A DNA stretch of 64,000 nt from Bacilli bacterium (GCA_045597865.1 JAZLKX010000040.1:1-64000); one strand, 5' to 3'; shown: positions 47,414 to 57,190, numbered from the stretch's first letter. The notes: generated from the sequence alone by a model not told the origin. Translations and numbers: made by a program.

Positions 47414-48889
47414 GTGAAGAAAAGAAATAAAGTAGCATTATTAGCATTAGGTTTAGTTGCAATTGGTATGGCTGCGTCTTCATGTACAGCAAATTTCTGT
47501 ACAAATGTTGAGAAGAGCAGAATAGCTTTTGCTGTTGAACCAGGCGTTTCAGAATTTGTTATTGATAAAACAGGTTCTGAATCTTTTGTTGAAAACGAAT
47601 TCGATCTTAATGGAACTACTGTTTATCAAATTGTTAAGGTTAATGAAGACAACACCTATGAACATGCTCCACAATTAAATAGCATTATTAGTTCTGCAAA
47701 TTCATCAGGAATTTATACACCTTCTAAAGAATATTTTATCAATTTTGATAAATTAGCTTTCCAAAAAATGCTTGATGCAAATGCAGCATCTGAACAACCA
47801 AAAAGTGAAGTTTCTGAAATTTTACATATGTATGGTTATTTAAGATATTATGATGCAGCATCTGATAGCATTTTTGGTGGTTATAAAGCAATCAATAACG
47901 AATTAAGAAATTCATTAGATCTTGAAAAAGCAGCTTCTATTGATTTTGAAAATGCTTATATTTCAACAATGACTAGCGCTGTTGAACAATTCCGTTCCTG
48001 TATTACCACTGTAAGTGGTAATTACGGAAACTATGGTGATAATAAGGATGTTTCAGTTTGGCTAGACAAAGTAACTTGGGGCGAAGCCTGGGGTAAGGGC
48101 GGCCACGTTATTGAAGGATTAATCGTTTATCCTGTAGCATGGTTGGTCGATACATTTGCAAATATATTTGCAGGACACGATCCAGCTAACTTCTTGCAAG
48201 GTGTTCCACAATTACTCTCATTAATTTTGGTTACAGTTATTGTCCGTTTATTCATCTTCTTAGTAACAATTAAATCTACATTGTCACAACAAAAGATGAC
48301 TGCACTTCAACCTGAACTTGCAAAAATTCAACAAAAATATCCAAACGCAAATACAAATCAAGCTCAAAAACAAAGACTTGCTGAAGAGCAAATGCGTTTG
48401 TATAAAAAGCATAAAGTCAACCCGTTATCTCAATTACTTGTACTTATAGTACAATTCCCAATCTTTATTGGTGTTTGGGGTGCAATGCAAGGTTCTGCAG
48501 TCTTGGCTACAGGACAAGTTATGGGTTTACATTTATCCGATTCAATATGGACAACTTTAAGAATGGGTCCTAAAGGAAATGTTGGCTGGTGGACAGCATT
48601 TGGATTAATTATTTTGATGTCTGTTTCCCAATTCATTTCTTTGAAGGTTCCACAATGGATTCAAAAAGCAAAAACCAAAAAGGTTGCTCGTATGGGAGTT
48701 AACCCAGCTCAAAAATCACAAAACAGAACAGCAAACATCGTTTCTTATGTAATGTTAGCTATGATTATTATCATGGGCTTCACATTACCAGCAGCAATGG
48801 GTGTTTATTGGTTTATCGGTGCTATTGTATCTTTGATACAAACACTCTTAACTCAATACGTCTTCATTGGTAAGAAACGTAAAAAATAG
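47414..48889 (+). CDS. yidC: Membrane protein insertase YidC (lipoprotein, long N-terminal domain)
   Basis: LQPELAKIQQKY, LYKKHKVNP, VQFPIF, PAAMGVYW; ASSC lipobox-like; synteny. Confidence 0.93.
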   Translation: MKKRNKVALLALGLVAIGMAASSCTANFCTNVEKSRIAFAVEPGVSEFVIDKTGSESFVENEFDLNGTTVYQIVKVNEDNTYEHAPQLNSIISSANSSGIYTPSKEYFINFDKLAFQKMLDANAASEQPKSEVSEILHMYGYLRYYDAASDSIFGGYKAINNELRNSLDLEKAASIDFENAYISTMTSAVEQFRSCITTVSGNYGNYGDNKDVSVWLDKVTWGEAWGKGGHVIEGLIVYPVAWLVDTFANIFAGHDPANFLQGVPQLLSLILVTVIVRLFIFLVTIKSTLSQQKMTALQPELAKIQQKYPNANTNQAQKQRLAEEQMRLYKKHKVNPLSQLLVLIVQFPIFIGVWGAMQGSAVLATGQVMGLHLSDSIWTTLRMGPKGNVGWWTAFGLIILMSVSQFISLKVPQWIQKAKTKKVARMGVNPAQKSQNRTANIVSYVMLAMIIIMGFTLPAAMGVYWFIGAIVSLIQTLLTQYVFIGKKRKK

Positions 48890-48898
48890 GAGAAAATT

Positions 48899-49501
48899 AT
48901 GAAAGAATATACCGCTAAGACTGTTGAAGAAGCAGTCAAGGTTGCAAGTGAAGAACTTGGAATCGAAGAAAACGATTTAATCTTTACTATAACCGAAGAA
49001 AAGAAAGGTTTAATTGGTAAGAAAGCAACAATTACCGTTTACGAATTATCCGATGCAATTGAATTTGCAGAGAAATACGTCAAAGACGTTATCGAATCAT
49101 TAGGCGTTGGTTCAGTAACAACAAAGACCTCGCTTGAAGATGATATTATTCGTATTCAAGTTGATTCAGACCACAATCCAATTTTAATTGGAAAGAACGG
49201 TGTCACACTTCAAGCCCTTACTGAAATTACTAGATTAGCAGTTTCAGGAAAATTCCGTAGAAGATTTAGAATCTTACTTGATATTGGCGATTATAAGAAC
49301 GCTAAATATTCAAGAGTTGCTTCCATTGCACGTAGAACTGCAAAAGAAGTTCAAAAAACAAAAGTTGATGTCACTTTAGATCCAATGCCATCAGATGAAC
49401 GTAGAGTTGTTCATAGCGCAGTAGCTGAATTCTCACACATCAAAACCGAATCTATTGGTGAAGGTCACAAAAGAGCAGTTACAATTAAATACGTTGAATA
49501 A
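48899..49501 (+). CDS. jag: Jag/EloR/KhpB RNA-binding protein
   Basis: AKTVEEA, LIGKNGVTLQAL (KH), ERRVVH (R3H). Confidence 0.93.
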   Translation: MKEYTAKTVEEAVKVASEELGIEENDLIFTITEEKKGLIGKKATITVYELSDAIEFAEKYVKDVIESLGVGSVTTKTSLEDDIIRIQVDSDHNPILIGKNGVTLQALTEITRLAVSGKFRRRFRILLDIGDYKNAKYSRVASIARRTAKEVQKTKVDVTLDPMPSDERRVVHSAVAEFSHIKTESIGEGHKRAVTIKYVE

Positions 49502-49535
49502 TAGAGATTTTTAATCTCTATTTTCATTATAAAAT

Positions 49536-50849
49536 ATGTTTGAAACCATAGTAGCATTAGCAACACCACCAGCAAAGTCAGCTCTAGCTTTAATTAGATT
49601 GTCTGGAGATGATTGTTTTAAGATTGTTTCTAAAGTTTTTTCTAAAGATTTAACTAAGGTTAAGGAAAAAGGAATTCACTATGGTTTTATTTTGGATAAT
49701 GAAAAACAAATTGATCAGGTTGTTTTATTAACTTATGTTGCACCACATTCGTTTACTGGCGAAAATTCTGTTGAAATAATTACACATGGTTCAATGTTGA
49801 TTGTAAATCAAATAATAGCCCTTTTACTTAAGTCAGGAGCTAGGATGGCCACCAATGGTGAATTTAGCTCTAGAGCCTATTTAAATGGCAAAATTGACCT
49901 AGTTCAAGCAGAAGCAATCAATGATATGATTAATGCAACCACTGCTGAAGCTAAAGATTTATCTATGGTTTCCTTAATAGGAAAGACATCAAAAATCTTC
50001 AAACCAATTAAGGATGAAATAGGAGAAATTCTTTCTCATATTGAAGTAAACATTGATTATCCTGAATACGAAGATATTGAAGTTACTTCTAAAGAAGAAA
50101 TTATTACTAAGTGTTCAAAAATTGTTGAAGATGTTAATAAGTTAATTAAACAAGGCGAGAAAGATAGAATTTATAAAGAAGGTGTAAAAATTGCAATTGT
50201 AGGAAAACCGAACGTTGGAAAATCCTCACTTTTAAATGTTTTCCTTAAGGAAGATAAAGCAATTGTTACCGATATTGCTGGTACAACTAGAGATATTGTT
50301 GAGGGCGAATTTAATCTTTCAGGCGTTCCTGTTCATTTATATGATACCGCTGGTCTTAGAGACTCAACAGACGTAATAGAACAAATTGGTATTAGCAAAG
50401 CTAAAAAGGTAATCGATGAAGCAGATTTAATTCTTTTCTTGGTGGACGATACTGGTTTTGATGATGAATTATATTCATTGATAAAAGATAAAAAACATTT
50501 AGTTGTCTATAGCAAAGCAGATTTAGTTTCAAAGAAAGAAAAAGATAAAATTTATATTTCTGCTAAGGAAAATAATATTTCCGATTTAGTTAATAAAATT
50601 AAAGAAGAGTTAAATATTGGTGAAGTTACAATTAAACCGTCTTTTAACAATACAAGACAACTCGGAATCTTAAAAAGTATGGTTATGTATCTTGATCAAG
50701 CAATTTTAGATGCAAAAGATAATCAGCCAATCGATTTAATTTCAGTAAATATTATGGCTGCTTATAATTCTTCTTTAGATTTATTAGGCGAGAACAACAA
50801 AAACGATTTAACAGATGAAATTTTCTCTCGTTTTTGTGTTGGAAAATAA
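49536..50849 (+). CDS. mnmE: tRNA modification GTPase MnmE
   Basis: TIVALATP, SFTGEN, GKPNVGKSSL, GTTRD, DTAG, FCVGK. Confidence 0.97.
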   Translation: MFETIVALATPPAKSALALIRLSGDDCFKIVSKVFSKDLTKVKEKGIHYGFILDNEKQIDQVVLLTYVAPHSFTGENSVEIITHGSMLIVNQIIALLLKSGARMATNGEFSSRAYLNGKIDLVQAEAINDMINATTAEAKDLSMVSLIGKTSKIFKPIKDEIGEILSHIEVNIDYPEYEDIEVTSKEEIITKCSKIVEDVNKLIKQGEKDRIYKEGVKIAIVGKPNVGKSSLLNVFLKEDKAIVTDIAGTTRDIVEGEFNLSGVPVHLYDTAGLRDSTDVIEQIGISKAKKVIDEADLILFLVDDTGFDDELYSLIKDKKHLVVYSKADLVSKKEKDKIYISAKENNISDLVNKIKEELNIGEVTIKPSFNNTRQLGILKSMVMYLDQAILDAKDNQPIDLISVNIMAAYNSSLDLLGENNKNDLTDEIFSRFCVGK

Positions 50850-50854
50850 CTTAG

Positions 50855-51619
50855 ATGATTGACACACATTGTCACATAAATGATGAAGCTTATTTAGCTC
50901 ATCCAGATGAGTATATTTCAGAAGCTCAAAATGCAGGTGTTTCTGAATTTTTAAATGTTGGTTTTGACCTAAAATCTTCTAGAATTGCAGTGAAAATCGC
51001 TCAAAATCACGAATATGTTTACGCAGCAGTAGGCATTCATCCAAGCGATGTTAAAAAGGCTGGTGAACATGATTTTGAGGAGATTGAAGAGCTTGCCAAA
51101 AACAAGAAAGTAATTGCCATTGGAGAGATAGGTTTAGACTATTATTGGGATAAAGATTCAGAGGTAAGAAATTATCAAAAGAAAACATTCATCCAACAAA
51201 TAGAAATTGCTAACAAATTGAATCTCCCAATCTCGATTCATTGTCGAGATGGCCTTGAGGATTGTCTAGATATCTTAAAAAAGCATAAAGTTAACCACGG
51301 AGGCATTATGCATTGTTATGCAGGAAGCGTGGAAATGGCATCAGAGTTTATCAAATTAGGTTTCTTACTTGGATTTGGAGGAACAACAACCTTCAAAAAT
51401 GCAGTTAGACCTAAAGAAGTTGTTGCAAGTATACCTTCCACCGCTTATGTTTTAGAAACCGATGCACCTTATTTGACTCCAGAACCATTTAGAGGACAAC
51501 CAAATCACTCAAAATATCTTTATTTGGTTAGAAACAAGATTGCAGAGTTAAGAAACATAACTCCTGAACAAGTAGAAAAAGAAACTACCGAAAACTTTAA
51601 AAGAGTATTCGATTTATGA
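50855..51619 (+). CDS. tatD: TatD family DNase
   Basis: IDTHCH, GIHP, GEIGLDY, HCY, LETDAPY. Confidence 0.95.
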   Translation: MIDTHCHINDEAYLAHPDEYISEAQNAGVSEFLNVGFDLKSSRIAVKIAQNHEYVYAAVGIHPSDVKKAGEHDFEEIEELAKNKKVIAIGEIGLDYYWDKDSEVRNYQKKTFIQQIEIANKLNLPISIHCRDGLEDCLDILKKHKVNHGGIMHCYAGSVEMASEFIKLGFLLGFGGTTTFKNAVRPKEVVASIPSTAYVLETDAPYLTPEPFRGQPNHSKYLYLVRNKIAELRNITPEQVEKETTENFKRVFDL

Positions 51620-52146
51620 AGACAAAAATTAATGGAATTTTAGTTGTGGAAGGCAAGTCTGATGTGGCCTTTCTTTCACAATTTATTGATGCTGAATTTG
51701 TAACAACAAACGGTTCAGAAATATCCTTGAAAACCATAGAATATTTGAAAAATTGCCGTGAAAACCGCGATATTTTTATATTGACAGATCCTGACAGTCC
51801 GGGCAAAAGAATAAGAGATGTATTAGATGCAGAGATACCAAATTTAAAGCATTGTTTTGTAGCTAAAGAGAAATCAATAAAACATAATAAAGTTGGTGTT
51901 GCAGAATCAACTCAAGAAGAAGTGTTAAATGCTTTAAAAAATTATATTGTTAATTCAAAAGATCCAATTGGAAATATACAAATGTCAGATTTGGTAGCCT
52001 TAGATCTTGTTGGGAGCGTCGATTCGAATGCTAAAAGAGAAAAAATCAGTGAAAAGTTCCATTTGGGATTCTGTAATGCAAAAACTTTTCTTAAAAGAAT
52101 CAATAATTGTGGTATAACATTGGAAGAGTTAAAGGAAAACTTATGA
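51616..52146 (+). CDS. rnmV: Ribonuclease M5
   Basis: VVEGKSD, LTDPDSPGKRIR (Toprim), GVAES; between tatD and rsmA. Confidence 0.9.
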   Translation: MKTKINGILVVEGKSDVAFLSQFIDAEFVTTNGSEISLKTIEYLKNCRENRDIFILTDPDSPGKRIRDVLDAEIPNLKHCFVAKEKSIKHNKVGVAESTQEEVLNALKNYIVNSKDPIGNIQMSDLVALDLVGSVDSNAKREKISEKFHLGFCNAKTFLKRINNCGITLEELKENL

Positions 52147-52937
52147 ACGAGAACCAATATTTTGAAAACGTAAGGAGCTATAAATTGCTTGCCAACAAAT
52201 CGCTAGGCCAGAATTTTTTAATTAATCCTGAAGTTGCAAAAAACATTGTAAATTTGCTTGAAGTTTCTGATAAAGATGAGGTTATTGAAATTGGCTCTGG
52301 TTTAGGCAGTTTATCCTATTTTTTGTCAAAAATCCCTGCAAAAACCCAATTAATTGATATTGATGAAAGAATGCTGCAATTCTTAAATGATCAATTTGGA
52401 AACATAAAAAATGTAATCATCAGAAGACAAAATATTTTGAAAGAAGATTTAGCAAAATACACAAAAATTATTGGTAATCTTCCTTATTACATCACCTCTT
52501 CAATAATTGAACATATTTTATTAACAGCAGTGAACGCAGACAAAATAGTTTTAATGACTCAAAAAGAAGTTTATCCAAAACTTTTGTCTAATTTTAAGAG
52601 TCCATTATCATTATTCTTAAATTATGTTGTAGACATTTCTCCAGCTAAAGATGTTGGAAGAAATAATTTCGCACCAATTCCACACGTTGATTCTGTTGTT
52701 TTTACATTAACTCCAAATAAGAATATTAAAAATGAAAATAATAAAAAATTGCTAAAACTTTTGCAGCAACTCTTCTTATTAAGAAGAAAGAACATTTTAA
52801 ATAATTTAACAAATGTTACAAAAAACAAAGATAAAGCAAAAGAAATTTTGGTAAAACTCGGTGTTGACACAAATAAAAGACCTGAAGAATTAGACATTAA
52901 TTTCTACATCTCGTTATTAAAAGAATTGAACTTTTAA
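52143..52937 (+). CDS. rsmA: 16S rRNA dimethyladenosine transferase RsmA/KsgA
   Basis: KSLGQNFL, EIGSGLG, GNLPYYIT, PHVDS, RRK. Confidence 0.95.
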   Translation: MNENQYFENVRSYKLLANKSLGQNFLINPEVAKNIVNLLEVSDKDEVIEIGSGLGSLSYFLSKIPAKTQLIDIDERMLQFLNDQFGNIKNVIIRRQNILKEDLAKYTKIIGNLPYYITSSIIEHILLTAVNADKIVLMTQKEVYPKLLSNFKSPLSLFLNYVVDISPAKDVGRNNFAPIPHVDSVVFTLTPNKNIKNENNKKLLKLLQQLFLLRRKNILNNLTNVTKNKDKAKEILVKLGVDTNKRPEELDINFYISLLKELNF

Positions 52938-52960
52938 GTTCTTGAGGAAATAATATTAAT

Positions 52961-53815
52961 ATGTACGCAAAAGCATTCGCAAAAATTAATATTTACCTTG
53001 ATGTAAAAGGCAAAACCGAAAACGGATACCATGATTTAGACATGGTTATGTTACCACTTGAATTACATGACGTTATCGAGATTGAATACCGTCCTTTAAT
53101 GAGAGACACATACATAGTATGTGATAGAGTAGAAGAATCTGAAACAAAATATGATTTAATTCATCAAACACTTGATGCTTTTAGAAAGAAATTTGGTGCG
53201 ACAGGTAATATGAATATTACAGTTCACAAAGAAATTCCTATTTGCGCAGGTCTTGGCGGAGGATCTTCAAATGCTGCTGCATGCTTAAAAGCATTTAAGA
53301 AAATTTTTAAAGTGAAAATGGAACCTGAAGAGGAACTTGATTTTACTTTAAAACTTGGTGCTGACGTTCCTTATTGTATGGCAAATGTTCCTGCGCATGT
53401 TGAAGGAATTGGAGAAAAAGTTACACCAATTCCATGCGCAAAACGTTTCCATGTTATTATTATTAAACCTAAATTAGGTTTATCTACTAAAAAAGTATTT
53501 GAAGCATCTGACAATTTTGTTATGAAGCACGGAGATGTTAATAAAGTTATCAAAGCTCTTGAGCTTGGTGATGAAAACATGCTTGCTGAAGGAATGTTCA
53601 ACTCCTTAGAAGAAACAGCAATCTCCTTAGTTCCAGAAATTCAAACAATTAAAGACATGCTTAAAAAGGATGGATTTAAATGTGTTCTTATGACTGGCTC
53701 CGGAAGCTGTGTCTTTGCACTTACCACAGATGCTGGTTTAGCCTATTCTAAGTACCTTAAATACGATAATAAAGGCTATGATGTATATTTAACCAAAACA
53801 AAGAAAGTGAGATAA
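52961..53815 (+). CDS. ispE: 4-diphosphocytidyl-2-C-methyl-D-erythritol kinase
   Basis: AKINIYL, GYHDL, IPICAGLGGGSSNAA, LGADVP, MTGSGS. Confidence 0.95.
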   Translation: MYAKAFAKINIYLDVKGKTENGYHDLDMVMLPLELHDVIEIEYRPLMRDTYIVCDRVEESETKYDLIHQTLDAFRKKFGATGNMNITVHKEIPICAGLGGGSSNAAACLKAFKKIFKVKMEPEEELDFTLKLGADVPYCMANVPAHVEGIGEKVTPIPCAKRFHVIIIKPKLGLSTKKVFEASDNFVMKHGDVNKVIKALELGDENMLAEGMFNSLEETAISLVPEIQTIKDMLKKDGFKCVLMTGSGSCVFALTTDAGLAYSKYLKYDNKGYDVYLTKTKKVR

Positions 53816-53817
53816 CT

Positions 53818-54078
53818 ATGTTATTTATCGAATGTTACGGCAAAAATGTTTACATTGACGATGAATTAGTAGGTTACATTTCTCCAGATGGAGATATGTT
53901 TGCAAACGGTCATAAGTTTGGAATGTTAACACCTGAAGGAGAAATTTACATTCAAGGCGAATATGTCGGTTATATAGAAGATAATAATGATATCTACATA
54001 CGCGAAGAATTCGCTGGTTATGTAACTCCAAATAATGATCTAAAATTAGATTCTCAAGCACTTGCTAGAGGAAAATAA
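53818..54078 (+). CDS. Small acidic protein of four ~16-aa beta-hairpin repeats (beta-flower-like)
   Basis: KNVYIDDELVGYISPD / GDMFANGHKFGMLTPE / GEIYIQGEYVGYIEDN / NDIYIREEFAGYVTPN. Confidence 0.75.
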   Translation: MLFIECYGKNVYIDDELVGYISPDGDMFANGHKFGMLTPEGEIYIQGEYVGYIEDNNDIYIREEFAGYVTPNNDLKLDSQALARGK

Positions 54079-54084
54079 AAATTA

Positions 54085-54116
54085 AAAAAGACGCGAATAA
54101 AAAAATGCGTCTTTTT
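54085..54116. terminator. Bidirectional terminator
   Basis: AAAAAGACGC...GCGTCTTTTT. Confidence 0.75.
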
Positions 54117-54143
54117 ATTTATTTAAATAAATAAGATAGGTGA

Positions 54144-54281
54144 TTAGATCTTTTCGTAACGTGGTCCAAGCACTTGGAGCTGTTCATCGATTGAGAATGT
54201 TAGAGGATCATCAAGATACTCTTTGTATTCTCTTTCAATTTCTTTCTTGCTCTTTGGTTTGGAATCAAATGGATCAAACAT
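54144..54281 (-). CDS. Unannotated 45-aa small protein
   Basis: MFDPFDSKPKSKKEIEREYKEYLDDPLTFSIDEQLQVLGPRYEKI*; TAAGGAG RBS; TTGCAT-17-TATAAT promoter; terminator downstream. Confidence 0.75.
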   Translation of the reverse strand: MFDPFDSKPKSKKEIEREYKEYLDDPLTFSIDEQLQVLGPRYEKI

Positions 54282-54311
54282 TTATACTCTCCTTACCTAA
54301 ATATATTATAC

Positions 54312-54361
54312 TAAATAATTTGCAGATATGCAAATTATTTATGCACACATATGTGCATAAA
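54312..54361. promoter_or_regulatory. Two overlapping palindromes over the promoter of the 45-aa gene
   Basis: TAAATAATTTGCA-gata-TGCAAATTATTTA (54312-54341) and TTTATGCACA-cata-TGTGCATAAA (54338-54361). Confidence 0.6.
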
Positions 54362-54363
54362 AG

Positions 54364-54389
54364 AAAGCCCCAGGCGAACCTGAGGCTTA
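54364..54389 (-). terminator. Terminator after ppdK
   Basis: AAGCCTCAGG-TTCG-CCTGGGGCTTTCTTTT on the minus strand (cUUCGc-type loop). Confidence 0.75.
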
Positions 54390-54407
54390 ATTAGTTCAAA
54401 TTAGAAC

Positions 54408-57038
54408 TTATTTTCTGTGTTTAATTGCAGCTTGAGCAGCAGCTAAACGTGCAACTGGAACACGGAATGGTGAACATGAGACATAGTCGAGTCCTGCTCT
54501 GTGGTAGAAGTCGATTGAGTTTGGTTCACCACCAGTTTCACCACAAACACCAATGTGGAGATCCTTACGTGTAGCACGGCCGAGTTTAACGGACATGTCA
54601 ACGAGTTTACCAACACCGTTTTGATCGAGTGTCTTGAATGGATCTTCTTCAAAGATCTTGTTGCTGTAGTAATCTGGTAAGAACTTAGCAGCGTCATCAC
54701 GGCTGAAGCCGAATGTCATTTGTGTTAAGTCATTTGTACCAAATGAGAAGAATTCTGCTTCTTGAGCGATTTCATCTGAGAGCAATGCAGCTCTTGGGAT
54801 TTCAATCATGGTACCAACATGATATTTCATGTTAACGCCAGCTTCTTTAATGAGCTTGTCTGCAACTTCGCAGATAATCTTCTTAACGAACTTAAGTTCT
54901 TTAACTTCGAGTACAAGTGGAATCATGATTTCTGGTTCAATTGCTTTACCAGTTCTCTTTGAAACTGCTAATGCTGCCTTAATGATAGCATTTGTTTGCA
55001 TTTCACAGATTTCTGGATATGAAACAGCTAATCTACATCCACGGTGACCCATCATTGGGTTGAATTCGTGTAAGTATTCGATACGATCTTTAACTTGTTG
55101 AACTGTTCTACCAGTTGCTTTAGCAAGTTCTGCAATCTTATCTTCTTCTTGTGGGAGGAATTCGTGTAGAGGTGGATCAAGTAAACGAACGTTTACATTG
55201 AATGGAAGCATTGCTTCATAGAGTGACTCGAAGTCTGCTTGTTGCATTGGTTCGAGTTCTGCTAATGCAGCACGTCTTTCTTCTACAGTGTCCGCAAGAA
55301 TCATCTTTCTCATAGAGAAGATTCTGTCCTTATCGAAGAACATATGTTCAGTACGGCATAAGCCAATACCTTCAGCGCCAAATTCTCTTGCTTGTTTTGC
55401 ATCTCTTGGAGTATCGGCATTTGTACGAACTTTTAAGGTACGTGCTCTGTCGACCCAAGCCATTAATCTACCGAAGTAACCTGCTGTGAGGTCTGGCATA
55501 ACCTTTGCGATTGAGCCAAGGTAGACTTTACCTGTTGAACCATCGAGTGATAATTCATCTTGGTCTGTGTAGACTTTACCATTAATGGTAACTGTACGAG
55601 CTTCTTCATCAATGATAGCTTCTTTACAGCCACAGACACAGCACTTACCCATACCACGGGCAACAACGGCTGCGTGTGAAGTCATACCACCACGCATTGT
55701 GAGAACACCTTCTGCAGCGACCATACCAACGATGTCTTCTGGGGATGTTTCTGCACGAACAAGGACAACTTTTTCCTTATTTGCGTGACGTCTTTCAGCT
55801 TCTTCAGCTGTGAAGGCAATTTTACCAGTGCCTGCACCTGGACCTGCAGCTAAGCCTTGTGCGATTGGTTCATGTTTTGTTAAGTCATCCTTATCAAATG
55901 CTGGTAAGAGAAGCTTATCAAATGATACTGGATCAATTCTTAAGACTGCTTCGTCTTCGCTGATTAATCCTTCATCGACTAAGTCACATGCAATCTTTAA
56001 TGCGGCTGCTGGTGTACGTTTACCATTACGTGTTTGTAAGAAGTAGAGTTTACCTTCTTCGACGGTAAATTCCATATCTTGCATATCTCTGTAGTGGTGT
56101 TCCATCTTTTTGATGGTTTCAACGAATTGGTTGTAAACATCTGGCATTCTTGCCTTGAGTTCTTCAATATGAAGTGGGGTACGAATACCTGCGACAACGT
56201 CTTCGCCTTGTGCGTTTGGTAAATATTCTGCGGAAATAACTTTTTCACCTGTACCTGGGTTACGTGAGAATGCAACACCTGTACCTGATGTTTCGCCTTT
56301 GTTACCGAAGGCCATTGATTGAACGTTAACAGCGGTTCCCCATGAATATGGGATTGAGTTCATCATACGATAAACGTTTGCTCTTGGGTTATCCCAGGAA
56401 CGGAAGACTGCTGTAACAGCTTCAAGTAATTGAACTTTTGGATCTGATGGGAATTCTTCACCAAATGTTTTCTTGTAGTAAGCTTTATAAGCTTTGACGA
56501 GATCTTTTAATTGATCTGCAGTAACTTCTGTATCGAGTTTGTAGCCATTCTTTTCTTTGAGCTCATCAAGCATCTTATCCATTTCGGTTCTTGGATGACC
56601 TTTGGCGATGTTTGTAAACATAAGAATGAAACGACGATAGCTATCAAATGCGAATCTTTCGTTACCAGTTTCTCTTGCTAAGGCTGCGACAGTAACATCA
56701 TTTAAACCTAAGTTTAAGATGGTATCCATCATACCTGGCATGGAAACTCTTGCGCCTGAACGGACAGAGACTAAGAGTGGGTTATGATCTCCACCGAAGT
56801 TTTTGCCTGTTTCTTTTTCAACTTCTTTGATGTGAGCATAAATGTCTTCAACGATGTCATCTGGTAATTTTTTACCTGAATCATAGTAGAGATTACATGC
56901 TTCTGTTGTGATGGTAAATCCTTGTGGAATTGGAACTCCAATGCTGGTCATTTCCGCAAGACCGGCACCTTTACCACCTAACAACTCTTTGCCTAAACCA
57001 TGGGCTTCTTTGAAGTTGTAGATGTATTTCTTTGCCAT
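54408..57038 (-). CDS. ppdK: Pyruvate, phosphate dikinase
   Basis: LGGKGAGLAEM, VSVRSGA, GGMTSHAAVVAR (phospho-His), GIGLCRTEHMF, SFGTNDLTQ; AGGAGG RBS before MAKKY. Confidence 0.97.
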   Translation of the reverse strand: MAKKYIYNFKEAHGLGKELLGGKGAGLAEMTSIGVPIPQGFTITTEACNLYYDSGKKLPDDIVEDIYAHIKEVEKETGKNFGGDHNPLLVSVRSGARVSMPGMMDTILNLGLNDVTVAALARETGNERFAFDSYRRFILMFTNIAKGHPRTEMDKMLDELKEKNGYKLDTEVTADQLKDLVKAYKAYYKKTFGEEFPSDPKVQLLEAVTAVFRSWDNPRANVYRMMNSIPYSWGTAVNVQSMAFGNKGETSGTGVAFSRNPGTGEKVISAEYLPNAQGEDVVAGIRTPLHIEELKARMPDVYNQFVETIKKMEHHYRDMQDMEFTVEEGKLYFLQTRNGKRTPAAALKIACDLVDEGLISEDEAVLRIDPVSFDKLLLPAFDKDDLTKHEPIAQGLAAGPGAGTGKIAFTAEEAERRHANKEKVVLVRAETSPEDIVGMVAAEGVLTMRGGMTSHAAVVARGMGKCCVCGCKEAIIDEEARTVTINGKVYTDQDELSLDGSTGKVYLGSIAKVMPDLTAGYFGRLMAWVDRARTLKVRTNADTPRDAKQAREFGAEGIGLCRTEHMFFDKDRIFSMRKMILADTVEERRAALAELEPMQQADFESLYEAMLPFNVNVRLLDPPLHEFLPQEEDKIAELAKATGRTVQQVKDRIEYLHEFNPMMGHRGCRLAVSYPEICEMQTNAIIKAALAVSKRTGKAIEPEIMIPLVLEVKELKFVKKIICEVADKLIKEAGVNMKYHVGTMIEIPRAALLSDEIAQEAEFFSFGTNDLTQMTFGFSRDDAAKFLPDYYSNKIFEEDPFKTLDQNGVGKLVDMSVKLGRATRKDLHIGVCGETGGEPNSIDFYHRAGLDYVSCSPFRVPVARLAAAQAAIKHRK

Positions 57039-57095
57039 ATTATTCCTCCTAAAGTGACAATAATATACGATGTGCTGAAATCGCACACGAATATG

Positions 57096-57124
57096 AGTAT
57101 ACACACATACGAGTGTAATCGCAA
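57096..57124 (-). promoter_or_regulatory. Sigma-A promoter of ppdK
   Basis: TTGCGA-17nt-TATACT on the minus strand. Confidence 0.6.
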
Positions 57125-57136
57125 AGAAAAAATAAT

Positions 57137-57151
57137 TGAAAAGCGGTTTCA
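57137..57151. promoter_or_regulatory. cre/LacI-family operator-like site between ppdK and the FGGY kinase
   Basis: TGAAAAGCGGTTTCA, an imperfect palindrome centred on CG. Confidence 0.5.
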
Positions 57152-57190
57152 AAAAAGATTAAAATCTAAATAAATAGAGGCAGCAAACAT

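Noticed and set aside
54140-54394. 84-aa plus-strand ORF in the track
   Set aside because: No SD and it crosses palindromes and a terminator; the 45-aa minus-strand ORF has the promoter, SD and terminator.
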